A DNA stretch of 64,000 bases from an uncultured Pelagibacteraceae bacterium (GTDB taxonomy: Bacteria; Pseudomonadota; Alphaproteobacteria; Pelagibacterales; Pelagibacteraceae), in assembly GCA_902560225.1 (NCBI GenBank), contig CACEKT010000002.1, forward strand, positions 932 through 64,931. Reading direction: 5' to 3'. A model generated the notes under the pieces. The model was not told the DNA's origin and ran no database searches. It worked only from the letters and a program-made list of their open reading frames with translations. Position numbers and translations under genes: made by a program. Positions 41,908 to 51,367 of this stretch are shown here, piece after piece (position 1 is the stretch's first letter; each line of letters starts with the position of its first letter).

Positions 41908-41985
41908 ATTAAAAGAATTTTCTTTAAAAATATCTTCTACCCAATCTTTTAATTCATCTTTATTTATTATATTTAATTTAGTCAG

Positions 41986-42978
41986 TTATCCTCCAGTTTT
42001 AGATAAATTTTTAGTAGAACCTGTTTCTCCAAGTTCTAGATAATGAGACTCTTTTTTAAATTGCATTTGTTTTAATATAAGATCTTTTAACTCACTAAGT
42101 TGATCATCTTTTTGTAACAAATGTCTGACACTTATCCCAGTATTTCCAAATAAACAAAGTCTTAAATCTCCTCTAGATGTAATTCTTAGTCGATTACAAC
42201 TTTTACAAAAATCTTTTGAATATGGCGCGATTATTCCAAATTTACCTTTATATTCTGGATTTATATAATTTAAAGAAGGACCTGCATCTTTTCCAAAAGT
42301 TTGGTAAATCCACTTGTTTTCACTTAAATAATTTTTGAAAACTTTTGATGGTACATGATACTTTTTAAAATAATCTAAATTATCACCTGTTTGCATCAAT
42401 TCTATATATCTAAAATCAATTTTCTTATTCTGAATAAAATTTGACCATTCATCAAAATCCTTTGATGATGAGTTAATATTTTTTAATAAAACCGCATTGA
42501 TTTTAATATTATTAAATTGAAGATCTTGTAAATTTTCTATTCCTTTTAAGATTTCTGGTAATCTATCATGACCCGTAACATTTTTAAAAGTATTTTGATT
42601 AAGGCTATCTATACTTATATTTATGCCATTTAGACCACTATCTACTAATAATTTTGCCTTTTTATCTAAGTGGTAGCCGTTGGTTGTAATTGCAACTTTT
42701 TTTATTCCACTTTCAAATTTTAAAACTTTAATAATTTCAAAAAAATCTTTTCTTACTGTTGGCTCTCCACCAGTAATTCGAATTTTATTAACTCCTAATT
42801 CCGAAAAACATTTTGCAAGACGTCTAATTTCATCTAGATGAAGAAATTTTCTATTATCACTTTTGTCAACTTGGTAACCATTTGGTAAACAGTATCCACA
42901 TTTAAAATTACAAACATCTGTAATTGACATTCTTATATAAGGAAATGTTCTGCCAAAACTATCTTTAAGAATATTCAT
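41986..42978 (-). CDS. moaA: GTP 3',8-cyclase
   Basis: CNFKCGYC, TGGEP, FCKSCNRLR..C and C-terminal GG motifs. Confidence 0.96.
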   Translation of the reverse strand: MNILKDSFGRTFPYIRMSITDVCNFKCGYCLPNGYQVDKSDNRKFLHLDEIRRLAKCFSELGVNKIRITGGEPTVRKDFFEIIKVLKFESGIKKVAITTNGYHLDKKAKLLVDSGLNGINISIDSLNQNTFKNVTGHDRLPEILKGIENLQDLQFNNIKINAVLLKNINSSSKDFDEWSNFIQNKKIDFRYIELMQTGDNLDYFKKYHVPSKVFKNYLSENKWIYQTFGKDAGPSLNYINPEYKGKFGIIAPYSKDFCKSCNRLRITSRGDLRLCLFGNTGISVRHLLQKDDQLSELKDLILKQMQFKKESHYLELGETGSTKNLSKTGG

Positions 42979-43014
42979 ATGATATAACTTATATTATATT
43001 CTGAAACAAATAAC

Positions 43015-43860
43015 ATGAACAAAATTCTCTCTGAAAATGAAATTAAACAATTTAGAGAGGAAGGTGCTGTCTTTCTTAAGAATAAATTTGACATTACTTG
43101 GATAAACAAACTTAGAACCGGCATAAAAAGAGATATTAAAAATCCAAGTCCTAGGTTTAAATCTCACACAATACAAAAAAATGTTCCTGCTTATTTAGAG
43201 GATTATTGGACTTGGCATTTAGTTCCTGAGTTTAAAGAATTTGTTTATAACTCACCATATGCTCGTATAGCTTCAGAATTGATGTCTGCCAAAAAGATTA
43301 ATCTTGTAATGGATAATTGGTTTTTGAGAGAAGCAGGTTCTAAATCATCAACCCCATTTCATCATGATATTAGTTATTTTGATATGGATGGTACTATGTG
43401 TGTTTTGTGGTTACCATTGCAGCCGACAAAAAAAAATGAGGGAGTTGTATGGGTTAAAGGATCACATTTATGGAATAAGTTATTTTTAAGAGTCTTATTT
43501 AAAGATGGACATAAAGTTGAAGGCAATGAGTGTGTCATAAATGGAAAAAAGTATGAATTACCTCCAGATATTTTAAGAAACAAGGAAAAATACGAATTTT
43601 TACAGTGGGATTGTGAGTTAGGTGACGCAGTTATATTTGATATGAGAACTCTCCATGGAACTTTAAGTGAAACTATTCCTAAAAAAACTTTAAGTCGTTA
43701 TACTTTAAGAGTAGCAAAAGAAGATTCAAAAATTAGTTATGATGGTGATTGGACTAGCTTTAACTATAGAAAAGCAATGCAAGAAGCTGGATATAAAAAT
43801 GGTGACCCAGTTGATGGTGAAATGTTTCCAACGCTTTATGAAACTAAAAATGAAATTTAA
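43015..43860 (+). CDS. Phytanoyl-CoA dioxygenase (PhyH) family Fe/2OG enzyme
   Basis: TPFHHD (HxD), LWLPL, KGSHLW and GDAVIFD.RTLHG motifs. Confidence 0.85.
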   Translation: MNKILSENEIKQFREEGAVFLKNKFDITWINKLRTGIKRDIKNPSPRFKSHTIQKNVPAYLEDYWTWHLVPEFKEFVYNSPYARIASELMSAKKINLVMDNWFLREAGSKSSTPFHHDISYFDMDGTMCVLWLPLQPTKKNEGVVWVKGSHLWNKLFLRVLFKDGHKVEGNECVINGKKYELPPDILRNKEKYEFLQWDCELGDAVIFDMRTLHGTLSETIPKKTLSRYTLRVAKEDSKISYDGDWTSFNYRKAMQEAGYKNGDPVDGEMFPTLYETKNEI

Positions 43861-43947
43861 TTTTCTCTAATTTTTTTTTAGTGTATAATGTTTATATAAT
43901 TAAACTATAGGTTATAAAATCTAATTAAATAGATTTAAAAATTTTTT

Positions 43948-45390
43948 ATGTACAGTAAATTTGGACAATTCATTGATGGTAAATGGCGACAAGCAGAAAA
44001 AAAAGAAACTTATGATGTAATCAACCCAGCAACGGAAGAAATTATTGGCAAAGCGTCAAAAGCAACTCCAAAAGATGTAGAGGCAGCATTACAATCAGCA
44101 GCTAAAGGATTAGAAGTTTGGAAAAAAACTCCCCCATGGCAAAGATCTTATATTATCAGACGGATCGCAGATACAATGAGAGAAAGGCAAGATATCCTAG
44201 CTAAGTGGATGACACTTGAAGTTGGAAAACCTTTAGCAGAAGCAAAAGGAGAAATAGGAGGAGCAGCAGATATTTTTGAATGGAACGCAGAAGAAACAAA
44301 AAGAATTTATGGTCAAACTGTAGAAAGTAGATTTGTAGATACAAGAGTTCATGTTTATTACCAACCGGTTGGTGTTGTAGCAGCTTTAACTCCTTGGAAT
44401 TTCCCCGCTGTATTATCAGCAAGAAAAATTTCAACTGCTTTAGCAGCAGGTTGTTCTGTTATTATAAAACCAGATGTAATTACACCTGGTGTAGTTATGG
44501 AAATGGTGGATATTTGTAGAGAGTGTGGAGTTCCACCGGGTGTGGTAAATCTTTTATCTGGTGATCCTCCAAGCATTGCGCAACAATTAATTTCCTCAGA
44601 TATAGTAAAAAAAATTTCAATTACTGGTTCTTCAAGAGTTGGAAAGCTAATTTTAAAACAAGCTGCTGATAAAGTTCAAAGAGTCACTATGGAGCTAAGT
44701 GGTCATTCACCATTCATTGTCTTTGATGATGCTGATATAAAAAAAGCAGCTGATATGGCAATTGCTGCAAAGTTTAGAAATAACGGACAAGTATGTATTT
44801 CACCTAATAGATTTTATATTCATGAAAGCAAAAAGGATGAATTTGTAAATTTATTCGTGGATAAAACAAAAAAACTTAAAATCGGTAATGGAATGGATGC
44901 CGATACTCAATTAGGTCCACTTACAACGAAAAAAAGATTAAATGAGATTGAAGATTTAGTTGAAAAAACGAAACAAGAAGGTGCTAAAGTTTTACTAGGA
45001 GGTAAAAGACCAGCAGGCTTTAACAAAGGATTTTTTTATGAACCAACGATATTTGATGATGTAAAAGATGATTTTACAATAATGAAACAAGAACCATTTG
45101 GACCTTTAGTGCCAATGCTATCATTTAAATCTTTTGATGAAGTAATTGAAAGAGCAAATAACCATGAACTTGGTTTATCAAGTTATGTCTGCACTAATTC
45201 AATGGAAAAAGCTCATCTTGCATCTGAGCAATTAGAAACTGGAACGGTAGGAGTTAACACTGGTATGATTGCAATAGCTGAGGCTCCATTTGGAGGAATA
45301 AAACAAAGTGGTTATGGTAGAGAAGGTGGATCTAATGCCATCAAAGATTATTTGAATGTTAAATATACCCATATGGGCATCAAAGGATAA
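43948..45390 (+). CDS. NAD-dependent aldehyde dehydrogenase (SSADH / 2-ketoglutarate-semialdehyde dehydrogenase-like)
   Basis: PWNFP, ITGS, MELSG, RNNGQVCISP, EPFGP and PFGGIKQSGYGREGG motifs. Confidence 0.88.
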   Translation: MYSKFGQFIDGKWRQAEKKETYDVINPATEEIIGKASKATPKDVEAALQSAAKGLEVWKKTPPWQRSYIIRRIADTMRERQDILAKWMTLEVGKPLAEAKGEIGGAADIFEWNAEETKRIYGQTVESRFVDTRVHVYYQPVGVVAALTPWNFPAVLSARKISTALAAGCSVIIKPDVITPGVVMEMVDICRECGVPPGVVNLLSGDPPSIAQQLISSDIVKKISITGSSRVGKLILKQAADKVQRVTMELSGHSPFIVFDDADIKKAADMAIAAKFRNNGQVCISPNRFYIHESKKDEFVNLFVDKTKKLKIGNGMDADTQLGPLTTKKRLNEIEDLVEKTKQEGAKVLLGGKRPAGFNKGFFYEPTIFDDVKDDFTIMKQEPFGPLVPMLSFKSFDEVIERANNHELGLSSYVCTNSMEKAHLASEQLETGTVGVNTGMIAIAEAPFGGIKQSGYGREGGSNAIKDYLNVKYTHMGIKG

Positions 45391-45394
45391 TAAA

Positions 45395-46570
45395 TTATTC
45401 TATAATTTTAAAATTAGATTTAAATTTATCAGTTATTGTAAGACCTAAACCTGCTTTATTATCGTCCAGATTTATAAATCCATTTTCTGGAGCAGGGTCT
45501 CCTTCAAAAATATAATAAAAAAGTTCATTTCCTATTTCAACATCATGAACAGGAAAAAATTCAGATATTGGACAATTAAAATTAGACATTGTTAAATGAT
45601 AATTGTGCATTTGTCCTGCATGAGGAATTACTGGAACTTGATGAGCTTCTGCAATAGCGTTTATTTTTTGTGCCACTGTAAAGCCACCAACTCTATTGTT
45701 GTCATATTGAATATAACTAACAGCTTTTAAATCCAATAATTGTTTGAAACCAAATATATTAAATTCATGCTCACCTCCAGAAATTGGTATCATGTTCATA
45801 TTATTTAATTCAGCATATCCATGTATGTCGTCAGCTATAACTGGTTCTTCTAACCATCTAGGATTAAATTTCATTAATTTTGGAATCATTCTTTTTGCAT
45901 AATCTAAATTCCAACCCATATAACATTCCATCATTAAATCTGCATCTTCGCCAATTACTTCTCTAACCGCTTCTGCTAGTTCAATATTTTTTTTCATTCC
46001 ATCAGGACCATCTTTTGGACCCCAACCAAATCTCATTTTAAACATCTTGAAACCCTGTTTTACATAACTTTCAGTCTCTTTTTGGAGATCTTTAATCGGT
46101 TGGCTATAAAGCTTTGATGCATAAACAGGTATTTTTTCTTTTGTTCTACCTCCAAGAAGTTTGAAAACTGGTTTTTTTGTAATTTTTCCCATTATATCCC
46201 AGAGAGCGATATCAATTGCTGATATTGCAACCATACCAATTCCTCTTCGACCCCAAGCATGAGTTCTTCTATACATTTTTTCCCAAATGTAGGCATAATC
46301 AAATGGGTCCTCACCAATTACCAAAGGTTTTAAATATGTATCAATTATTTTTTTAGCAACCTGAGGTGCTAAGGCAGCATTCCCAATTCCTATTATACCA
46401 TCATCAGTTTCAATTTCACAAATCAACCATTCATGGAATCTAAATGAACCCATTGCGTCAGATTTTTCAAACAAAAGATCAGAAGCGTTAGTACAAAAAT
46501 TATTTTGTGGAGGAACAGTCTTACCATTCCATTGATAAACTTTAGTTTTTATTTCTTTTATTTTTGTCAT
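45395..46570 (-). CDS. Enolase-superfamily sugar-acid dehydratase, L-lyxonate dehydratase-like
   Basis: [59 protein letters not shown] and [10 protein letters not shown] match my recollection of LyxD (P. aeruginosa PA2215). Confidence 0.78.
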   Translation of the reverse strand: MTKIKEIKTKVYQWNGKTVPPQNNFCTNASDLLFEKSDAMGSFRFHEWLICEIETDDGIIGIGNAALAPQVAKKIIDTYLKPLVIGEDPFDYAYIWEKMYRRTHAWGRRGIGMVAISAIDIALWDIMGKITKKPVFKLLGGRTKEKIPVYASKLYSQPIKDLQKETESYVKQGFKMFKMRFGWGPKDGPDGMKKNIELAEAVREVIGEDADLMMECYMGWNLDYAKRMIPKLMKFNPRWLEEPVIADDIHGYAELNNMNMIPISGGEHEFNIFGFKQLLDLKAVSYIQYDNNRVGGFTVAQKINAIAEAHQVPVIPHAGQMHNYHLTMSNFNCPISEFFPVHDVEIGNELFYYIFEGDPAPENGFINLDDNKAGLGLTITDKFKSNFKIIE

Positions 46571-47564
46571 TTTTATTTTTATTCTCAGCCATTGTTAATG
46601 CAATTTTAAATGAATTCAAAGTAGGTTCTAAATTTGCTTTATTTTTACCAGCAATATCAAAGGCAGTGCCATGGGCTGGCGTTGTTATAGGTACTGGCAA
46701 ACCACCTTGAACAGTTACACCTCTATCAAAACCAAATGCTTTTAATCCTGATTGAAGAGCATCATGATACATACCAACAATGCAATCGTGATTTTTATTT
46801 TTATAAGCTGTAATAAAAGATGTATCACAAGGCAAAGGTCCATCAGCATTAATACCTAATTTTTTTGCCTCTTCTATTGCTGGAATGATTTCATCTTTTT
46901 CTTCAGTTCCAAATTCAGCATGTGGATTAAGAGCTTGAACAGCAACTCTTGGTCTTTGAATTCCATTTAATTTCATTGCATCATTAATAAGTTTAATTGG
47001 CTGAATAATTTTTTCTTTTTTAATGTTTTTTGAAACATCTTTAATTGGAATATGAGAAGTTACACGCGCAGTCCAAAAATTATCTATAACATTAAATTCA
47101 CAAAAAAAGTTTTTTACATTTAATTTTTCAGCCATTAAATGTAGTTCATCAGAATATTTATTACCACCAAGCTTTAAACTTGTTTTATTAAAAGGACCAA
47201 AATTAATTGCATGAATTTTATTTTCTTTTGCTAACTCTAATGCTAAGTTTAAAGCTGACAAAACACTTTCACCAGACTCCTTAGAACATTCAGATAACTT
47301 ATACTCATGATTTTTACCATTTGAAATATCAAGAAAAAATTTACTTTCCTCTTCAAAATTAATTTCATCAAAATTATCTACAAACTTTAATTTATGTGAA
47401 TTACCAGAAATTTTATTACCATTTTCAAATATATTTCTTTCACCAATCACAATTATATTAGCTTTATTAGTAATTTCTTCCGATAATAATTTAGTGATTA
47501 ATTCAGGTCCTATACCCGCTGGGTCTCCTAAAAGAATTCCAATATTAATTTTGTTTTGAGGCAT
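46542..47564 (-). CDS. PdxA-family NAD-dependent decarboxylase, probably ClxD-like (2-carboxy-L-lyxonate decarboxylase)
   Basis: [23 protein letters not shown] and HGTAFDIAG give the PdxA fold and metal histidines. GHTE is replaced by SDEL and IRTSVDH by ITTPAH. Overlaps the lyxD-like gene. Confidence 0.7.
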   Translation of the reverse strand: MPQNKINIGILLGDPAGIGPELITKLLSEEITNKANIIVIGERNIFENGNKISGNSHKLKFVDNFDEINFEEESKFFLDISNGKNHEYKLSECSKESGESVLSALNLALELAKENKIHAINFGPFNKTSLKLGGNKYSDELHLMAEKLNVKNFFCEFNVIDNFWTARVTSHIPIKDVSKNIKKEKIIQPIKLINDAMKLNGIQRPRVAVQALNPHAEFGTEEKDEIIPAIEEAKKLGINADGPLPCDTSFITAYKNKNHDCIVGMYHDALQSGLKAFGFDRGVTVQGGLPVPITTPAHGTAFDIAGKNKANLEPTLNSFKIALTMAENKNKNDKNKRNKN

Positions 47565-47633
47565 TTTTTACTTTACGCTATGTATCAGATTATGTTTATA
47601 TAATTAATTATAAATTAACTAAAGAGGGAAATA

Positions 47634-48608
47634 ATGAATAAAAGTTTTAAATTATTTTTAGCTGCCGCAGTTTTGGTAACTGAATTTTTCGTTGTTGCAC
47701 TTCCATTAATGATTACATCTGCAAAAGCAGATGGTCACCCAATTCAAGCAATCACACACGCTGGTTTTGGTGGTGGTACAGATGTAACTACAAGAATGAT
47801 GTTGTTAAGAACTAGAAGGTATCTAAAGCAAGATATGCAATTAGTTAACAAAAAAGGAGGTGGTGGAGCTGCATCAATGGATTACATGATGACTTTACCT
47901 GCTGATGGTCAACACACTTTAACTTGGACTACTGGTCATGCCGTATCTATGGCTTTGGGTAAAACTAAAGTTAAATTAAGTGATATGCAACCTTTAGCTA
48001 GAGGAACTGATGATCCTCAATTATTTGTAGTTAATTGTAAAAATGATATCAAAGATGCTAAAAAGTTTATTAGTGCTCAAAAATCAAAATCACTAAAATA
48101 TGGAACAACTCATGTGGGTGGTATTGATGATGTCAGCGCAATTGCATTTACAAAAAAAGGAAAATTAACAGATCCAACAATTGTACCTTATAAAGGTGTA
48201 GGACCAATTAAAACTAACCTTATCAAAGGAGATATTGATGTAGGTGTTTTAAATTTAGGTGAAGCTGTAACTGAGATAGAAGATGGAACTTTATGTGTAT
48301 CTGTCGTTCTAGCAAGTAACAGAATGGAAAAACTAAATAATGTTCCTACAGCAACAGAATTAGGGATACCTGTTGTTTTATCAACTGTAAGAGGCTTTGT
48401 AACAAGAAAAGGCGTTCCTGCAGAAAGAAAGAAACAATTAGAGGATGCAATGATAAAAGCTATGGAACATAAATATTTCCAAAGTTTTTTAACTGACATC
48501 GGTCTTGATTCAACTAGTGTAGTTGGAGCTGATGAGTGGGGTAAGCAGATGGAAGTTATGCTTGCAGAAATGACTGCTCAACTTAAAGCTTTAGGATACA
48601 TTAATTAA
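47634..48608 (+). CDS. tctC: Tripartite tricarboxylate transporter substrate-binding protein (TctC/Bug)
   Basis: Signal peptide, GGGTDVTTR, VNKKGGGG, PADG.T, VPYKG and VPTATELG motifs. Confidence 0.88.
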   Translation: MNKSFKLFLAAAVLVTEFFVVALPLMITSAKADGHPIQAITHAGFGGGTDVTTRMMLLRTRRYLKQDMQLVNKKGGGGAASMDYMMTLPADGQHTLTWTTGHAVSMALGKTKVKLSDMQPLARGTDDPQLFVVNCKNDIKDAKKFISAQKSKSLKYGTTHVGGIDDVSAIAFTKKGKLTDPTIVPYKGVGPIKTNLIKGDIDVGVLNLGEAVTEIEDGTLCVSVVLASNRMEKLNNVPTATELGIPVVLSTVRGFVTRKGVPAERKKQLEDAMIKAMEHKYFQSFLTDIGLDSTSVVGADEWGKQMEVMLAEMTAQLKALGYIN

Positions 48609-48632
48609 TTTTAAGAAAGTACATTTTTTAAT

Positions 48633-49139
48633 ATGAATAATGTACGAAATAAAAAAAGGGCAAGCAAAAGTTTGCCCTTTTTTTTTAAAGAAGAATTCAA
48701 AGTTTTTTTTATAATTGTTTTAGTTTCAACTTTCTTACTAATCTCAACATTTACATTTGATACAGTTCCACCAATTTTGAATAGAGGAATTCAACCAGCC
48801 ACATTTCCAAAAGGTTTATTGGTTTTGATAATCACATTAACTTCAGTTATTTATTACTTATCCTTAAAAAAACCATGGAAAAAAGAAAAAAAATTACCAA
48901 AAACTTTTTTTTTAACAATTTTAAGTTTTATTTTTTTTATTTTAATTTCAAAAACTTTAGACTTTTTTTTAGCAATTTCAGTATTATCAATTTTTGTTTC
49001 TTATAATTGGGGTGAAAAAAGAATTTTTTATTTATTTCTTGTAGGAATTATTTTTCCATTCATTGTGTTTGTTTTTTTTGAAATGGTTTTAGGCTTAAGA
49101 TTTCCACCAGGAATAATCACAAATCTTTATTATTATTAG
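48633..49139 (+). CDS. tctB: TTT small membrane subunit
   Basis: 4-5 TM, P.TFP and F..VLGLRFPPG. Lies between tctC and tctA. Confidence 0.83.
   Translation: MNNVRNKKRASKSLPFFFKEEFKVFFIIVLVSTFLLISTFTFDTVPPILNRGIQPATFPKGLLVLIITLTSVIYYLSLKKPWKKEKKLPKTFFLTILSFIFFILISKTLDFFLAISVLSIFVSYNWGEKRIFYLFLVGIIFPFIVFVFFEMVLGLRFPPGIITNLYYY
48651..48686 (+). terminator. Terminator-like hairpin after tctC, inside the 5' end of tctB
   Basis: aaaaaaagggcaagc-aaaa-gtttgcccttttttttt. Confidence 0.7.
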
Positions 49140-49140
49140 T

Positions 49141-50619
49141 ATGGATAATTTATTATTGATGATGGCACCTTTGTTTAGTTCAAAACTATTATTAGTTTTA
49201 CTATTTGGTACATTGTTTGGTTTGGTTCTTGGTGTGTTACCAGGTTTAGGACCAACAACAGGTGGTGCATTAATTCTACCATTCACAATGACGCTAGACC
49301 CACTTTCTGCAATAGTATTACTAACATCAATTTATTGCGCAGGAACCTATGGTGGAGCAATTACTGCAGTATTAATAAATACTCCAGGAACACCAGCAGC
49401 TGCAGCAACATGTTTAGATGGGTATCCATTAGCTCAAAAAGGTGAGGCTGGAAGAGCCTTAGGTATGGCAACAGTTTCAAGCACAGTTGGGGGAATTTTT
49501 AGTGTAGTAATATTGGTGTTTTTTGCACCTATATTGGCAAAACTTGCTTATGAATTTGGACAACCAGAATATTTTGCTTTAGCAATATTTGGATTAACTA
49601 TGCTTGCTTCTATTGGTGAAGGTAGTCCAATTAAAAATTTGATAGCTGGTGCGTTTGGAATTTTAATTTCCACAATAGGAAAAGATTTTATGACTTCTAT
49701 AGATAGATTTACTTATGGAATAAATGAACTTTCTGTAGGAATTGGATTTATCCCAGTTGTTGTAGGGTTATTTGCAATAAGTGAAATGTTAACTCAATCA
49801 ACTTTACTTCATCAAGTGTTCAAAAGAGTTGCTTTAAAAGCAGTAAAACTTCCAACCAAAGATGATTATAAAAAAACCTGGAAAACAATTTTAAGATCAT
49901 CAGGTATAGGATCTTTTATTGGAGTTCTTCCAGCAGAAGGTGGGACGGTAGCATCTTTAATTGGTTATTCAGAAGCAAAAAGATTTTCAAAAAATCAGGA
50001 AGAGTTTGGAAAAGGATCTATAGAAGGAATTGCAGGAGCAGAAGCTGCAAATAATGCTGCTACTGGTGGAGCTATGGTACCAACATTAGCACTTGGTATA
50101 CCCGGAAGTGCAACAACAGCTGTAATATTAACTGGTTTAATTATTCATGGTGTAAGACCTGGTCCTGATTTATTTAGAGAGCAACCAGATTTTTTGTATG
50201 GAATTTTTGGTGCGATGTTAATTGCTAATATACTTTTTTTTATATTTGGATTCTTTGGAGCAAAGTTATTTGCTAGAATTACTTTAGTTCCAAACAAAAT
50301 TTTATGGCCAATGATTTTTGCAGTTTCTGTATGTGGAACATACTCATTAAGTCAGTCAATATTAGATGTTTGGATAATGTTATTTTTTGGAGTTCTTGGA
50401 TTTTTCATGAGAAGATATGGGTTTTCGGTTGTTCCAGTTATTATTGGTTTAATATTAGGAGAGTTAGTTGAAGGAACTCTTAGACAGTCATTAGTTATTT
50501 TTGATGGAAATTGGCTTATGTTTTTAACCAGACCTATCGCACTAACTTTCTTTATTTTATCTTTAATTGCATTAGCTTTTCCTTTATTAAGATCAAAAAA
50601 AAATAAAAAGGTTTTATGA
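49141..50619 (+). CDS. tctA: TTT large membrane subunit
   Basis: G.LPGLG, YGGAITAVLINTPGT, DGYPLAQKG, EAANNA and PTLALGIPGS motifs. Confidence 0.93.
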   Translation: MDNLLLMMAPLFSSKLLLVLLFGTLFGLVLGVLPGLGPTTGGALILPFTMTLDPLSAIVLLTSIYCAGTYGGAITAVLINTPGTPAAAATCLDGYPLAQKGEAGRALGMATVSSTVGGIFSVVILVFFAPILAKLAYEFGQPEYFALAIFGLTMLASIGEGSPIKNLIAGAFGILISTIGKDFMTSIDRFTYGINELSVGIGFIPVVVGLFAISEMLTQSTLLHQVFKRVALKAVKLPTKDDYKKTWKTILRSSGIGSFIGVLPAEGGTVASLIGYSEAKRFSKNQEEFGKGSIEGIAGAEAANNAATGGAMVPTLALGIPGSATTAVILTGLIIHGVRPGPDLFREQPDFLYGIFGAMLIANILFFIFGFFGAKLFARITLVPNKILWPMIFAVSVCGTYSLSQSILDVWIMLFFGVLGFFMRRYGFSVVPVIIGLILGELVEGTLRQSLVIFDGNWLMFLTRPIALTFFILSLIALAFPLLRSKKNKKVL

Positions 50620-51365
50620 TTAAATTTGATCTAAATAACAGAGTGGCAATAATAACAGGTGGAGCACAAGGTTTTGGTTTGGCTATTTCACAAAGATTTA
50701 TTGAAGCAGGAGCTAAAGTAGTTATTTGGGACATTGATGAAGATGCAGTTAATACAGCCCTAAAAAAAGTAAATTCTGATAATCTAAGTTTTCAGATAGT
50801 AGATGTAAGTAATTTTGAAAACATAAATAAAAACTTATCTGAAGTTGAAGCAAAACATGGAAAGATAGATATATTTATAAACAATGCTGGTATAGCAGGT
50901 ATGAACACAACAGTAGCTGAATATCCATTAGATGAATGGAATAAAGTTATTAATTTAAATCTAAACTCTGTTTTTTACTGCTGTAAAGCAGTTACCCCTT
51001 TTATGATGAAAAATGATTATGGAAGAATAGTAAATATAGCCTCAATTGCTGGAAAAGAAGGAAATCCAAACGCTAGTGCTTACAGCACATCAAAAGCAGG
51101 TGTAATAGGTCTAACTAAATCACTAGGAAAAGAACTTGCTCAAAAAAATATAGCAGTAAATTGTGTAACACCAGCTGCTGCGAAAACAAGAATTTTTGAC
51201 CAAATGACAGAGGAACATATCAACTATATGCTTTCTAAGATTCCAAGAAACAAATTTGCAAAAGTTGAAGAACTTGCATCATTAGTTACATGGCTATCTA
51301 GTGAAGAAAATTCATTTTCAACAGCCGCAGTTTTTGATTTGAGCGGTGGTAGAGCAACTTATTAG
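50616..51365 (+). CDS. SDR oxidoreductase resembling 2-keto-3-deoxy-L-rhamnonate 4-dehydrogenase (LRA5)
   Basis: TGGAQGFG, ASIAGKEGNPNASAYSTSKA, TPAAAKT, YMLSKIP and FDLSGGRATY. Overlaps the tctA stop. Confidence 0.72.
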   Translation: MIKFDLNNRVAIITGGAQGFGLAISQRFIEAGAKVVIWDIDEDAVNTALKKVNSDNLSFQIVDVSNFENINKNLSEVEAKHGKIDIFINNAGIAGMNTTVAEYPLDEWNKVINLNLNSVFYCCKAVTPFMMKNDYGRIVNIASIAGKEGNPNASAYSTSKAGVIGLTKSLGKELAQKNIAVNCVTPAAAKTRIFDQMTEEHINYMLSKIPRNKFAKVEELASLVTWLSSEENSFSTAAVFDLSGGRATY

Positions 51366-51367
51366 TT

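Noticed and set aside
46542-47564. Vitamin B6 biosynthesis pdxA
   Set aside because: Substrate-binding residues are replaced and the context is catabolic, not the usual lptD-surA-pdxA-rsmA position.
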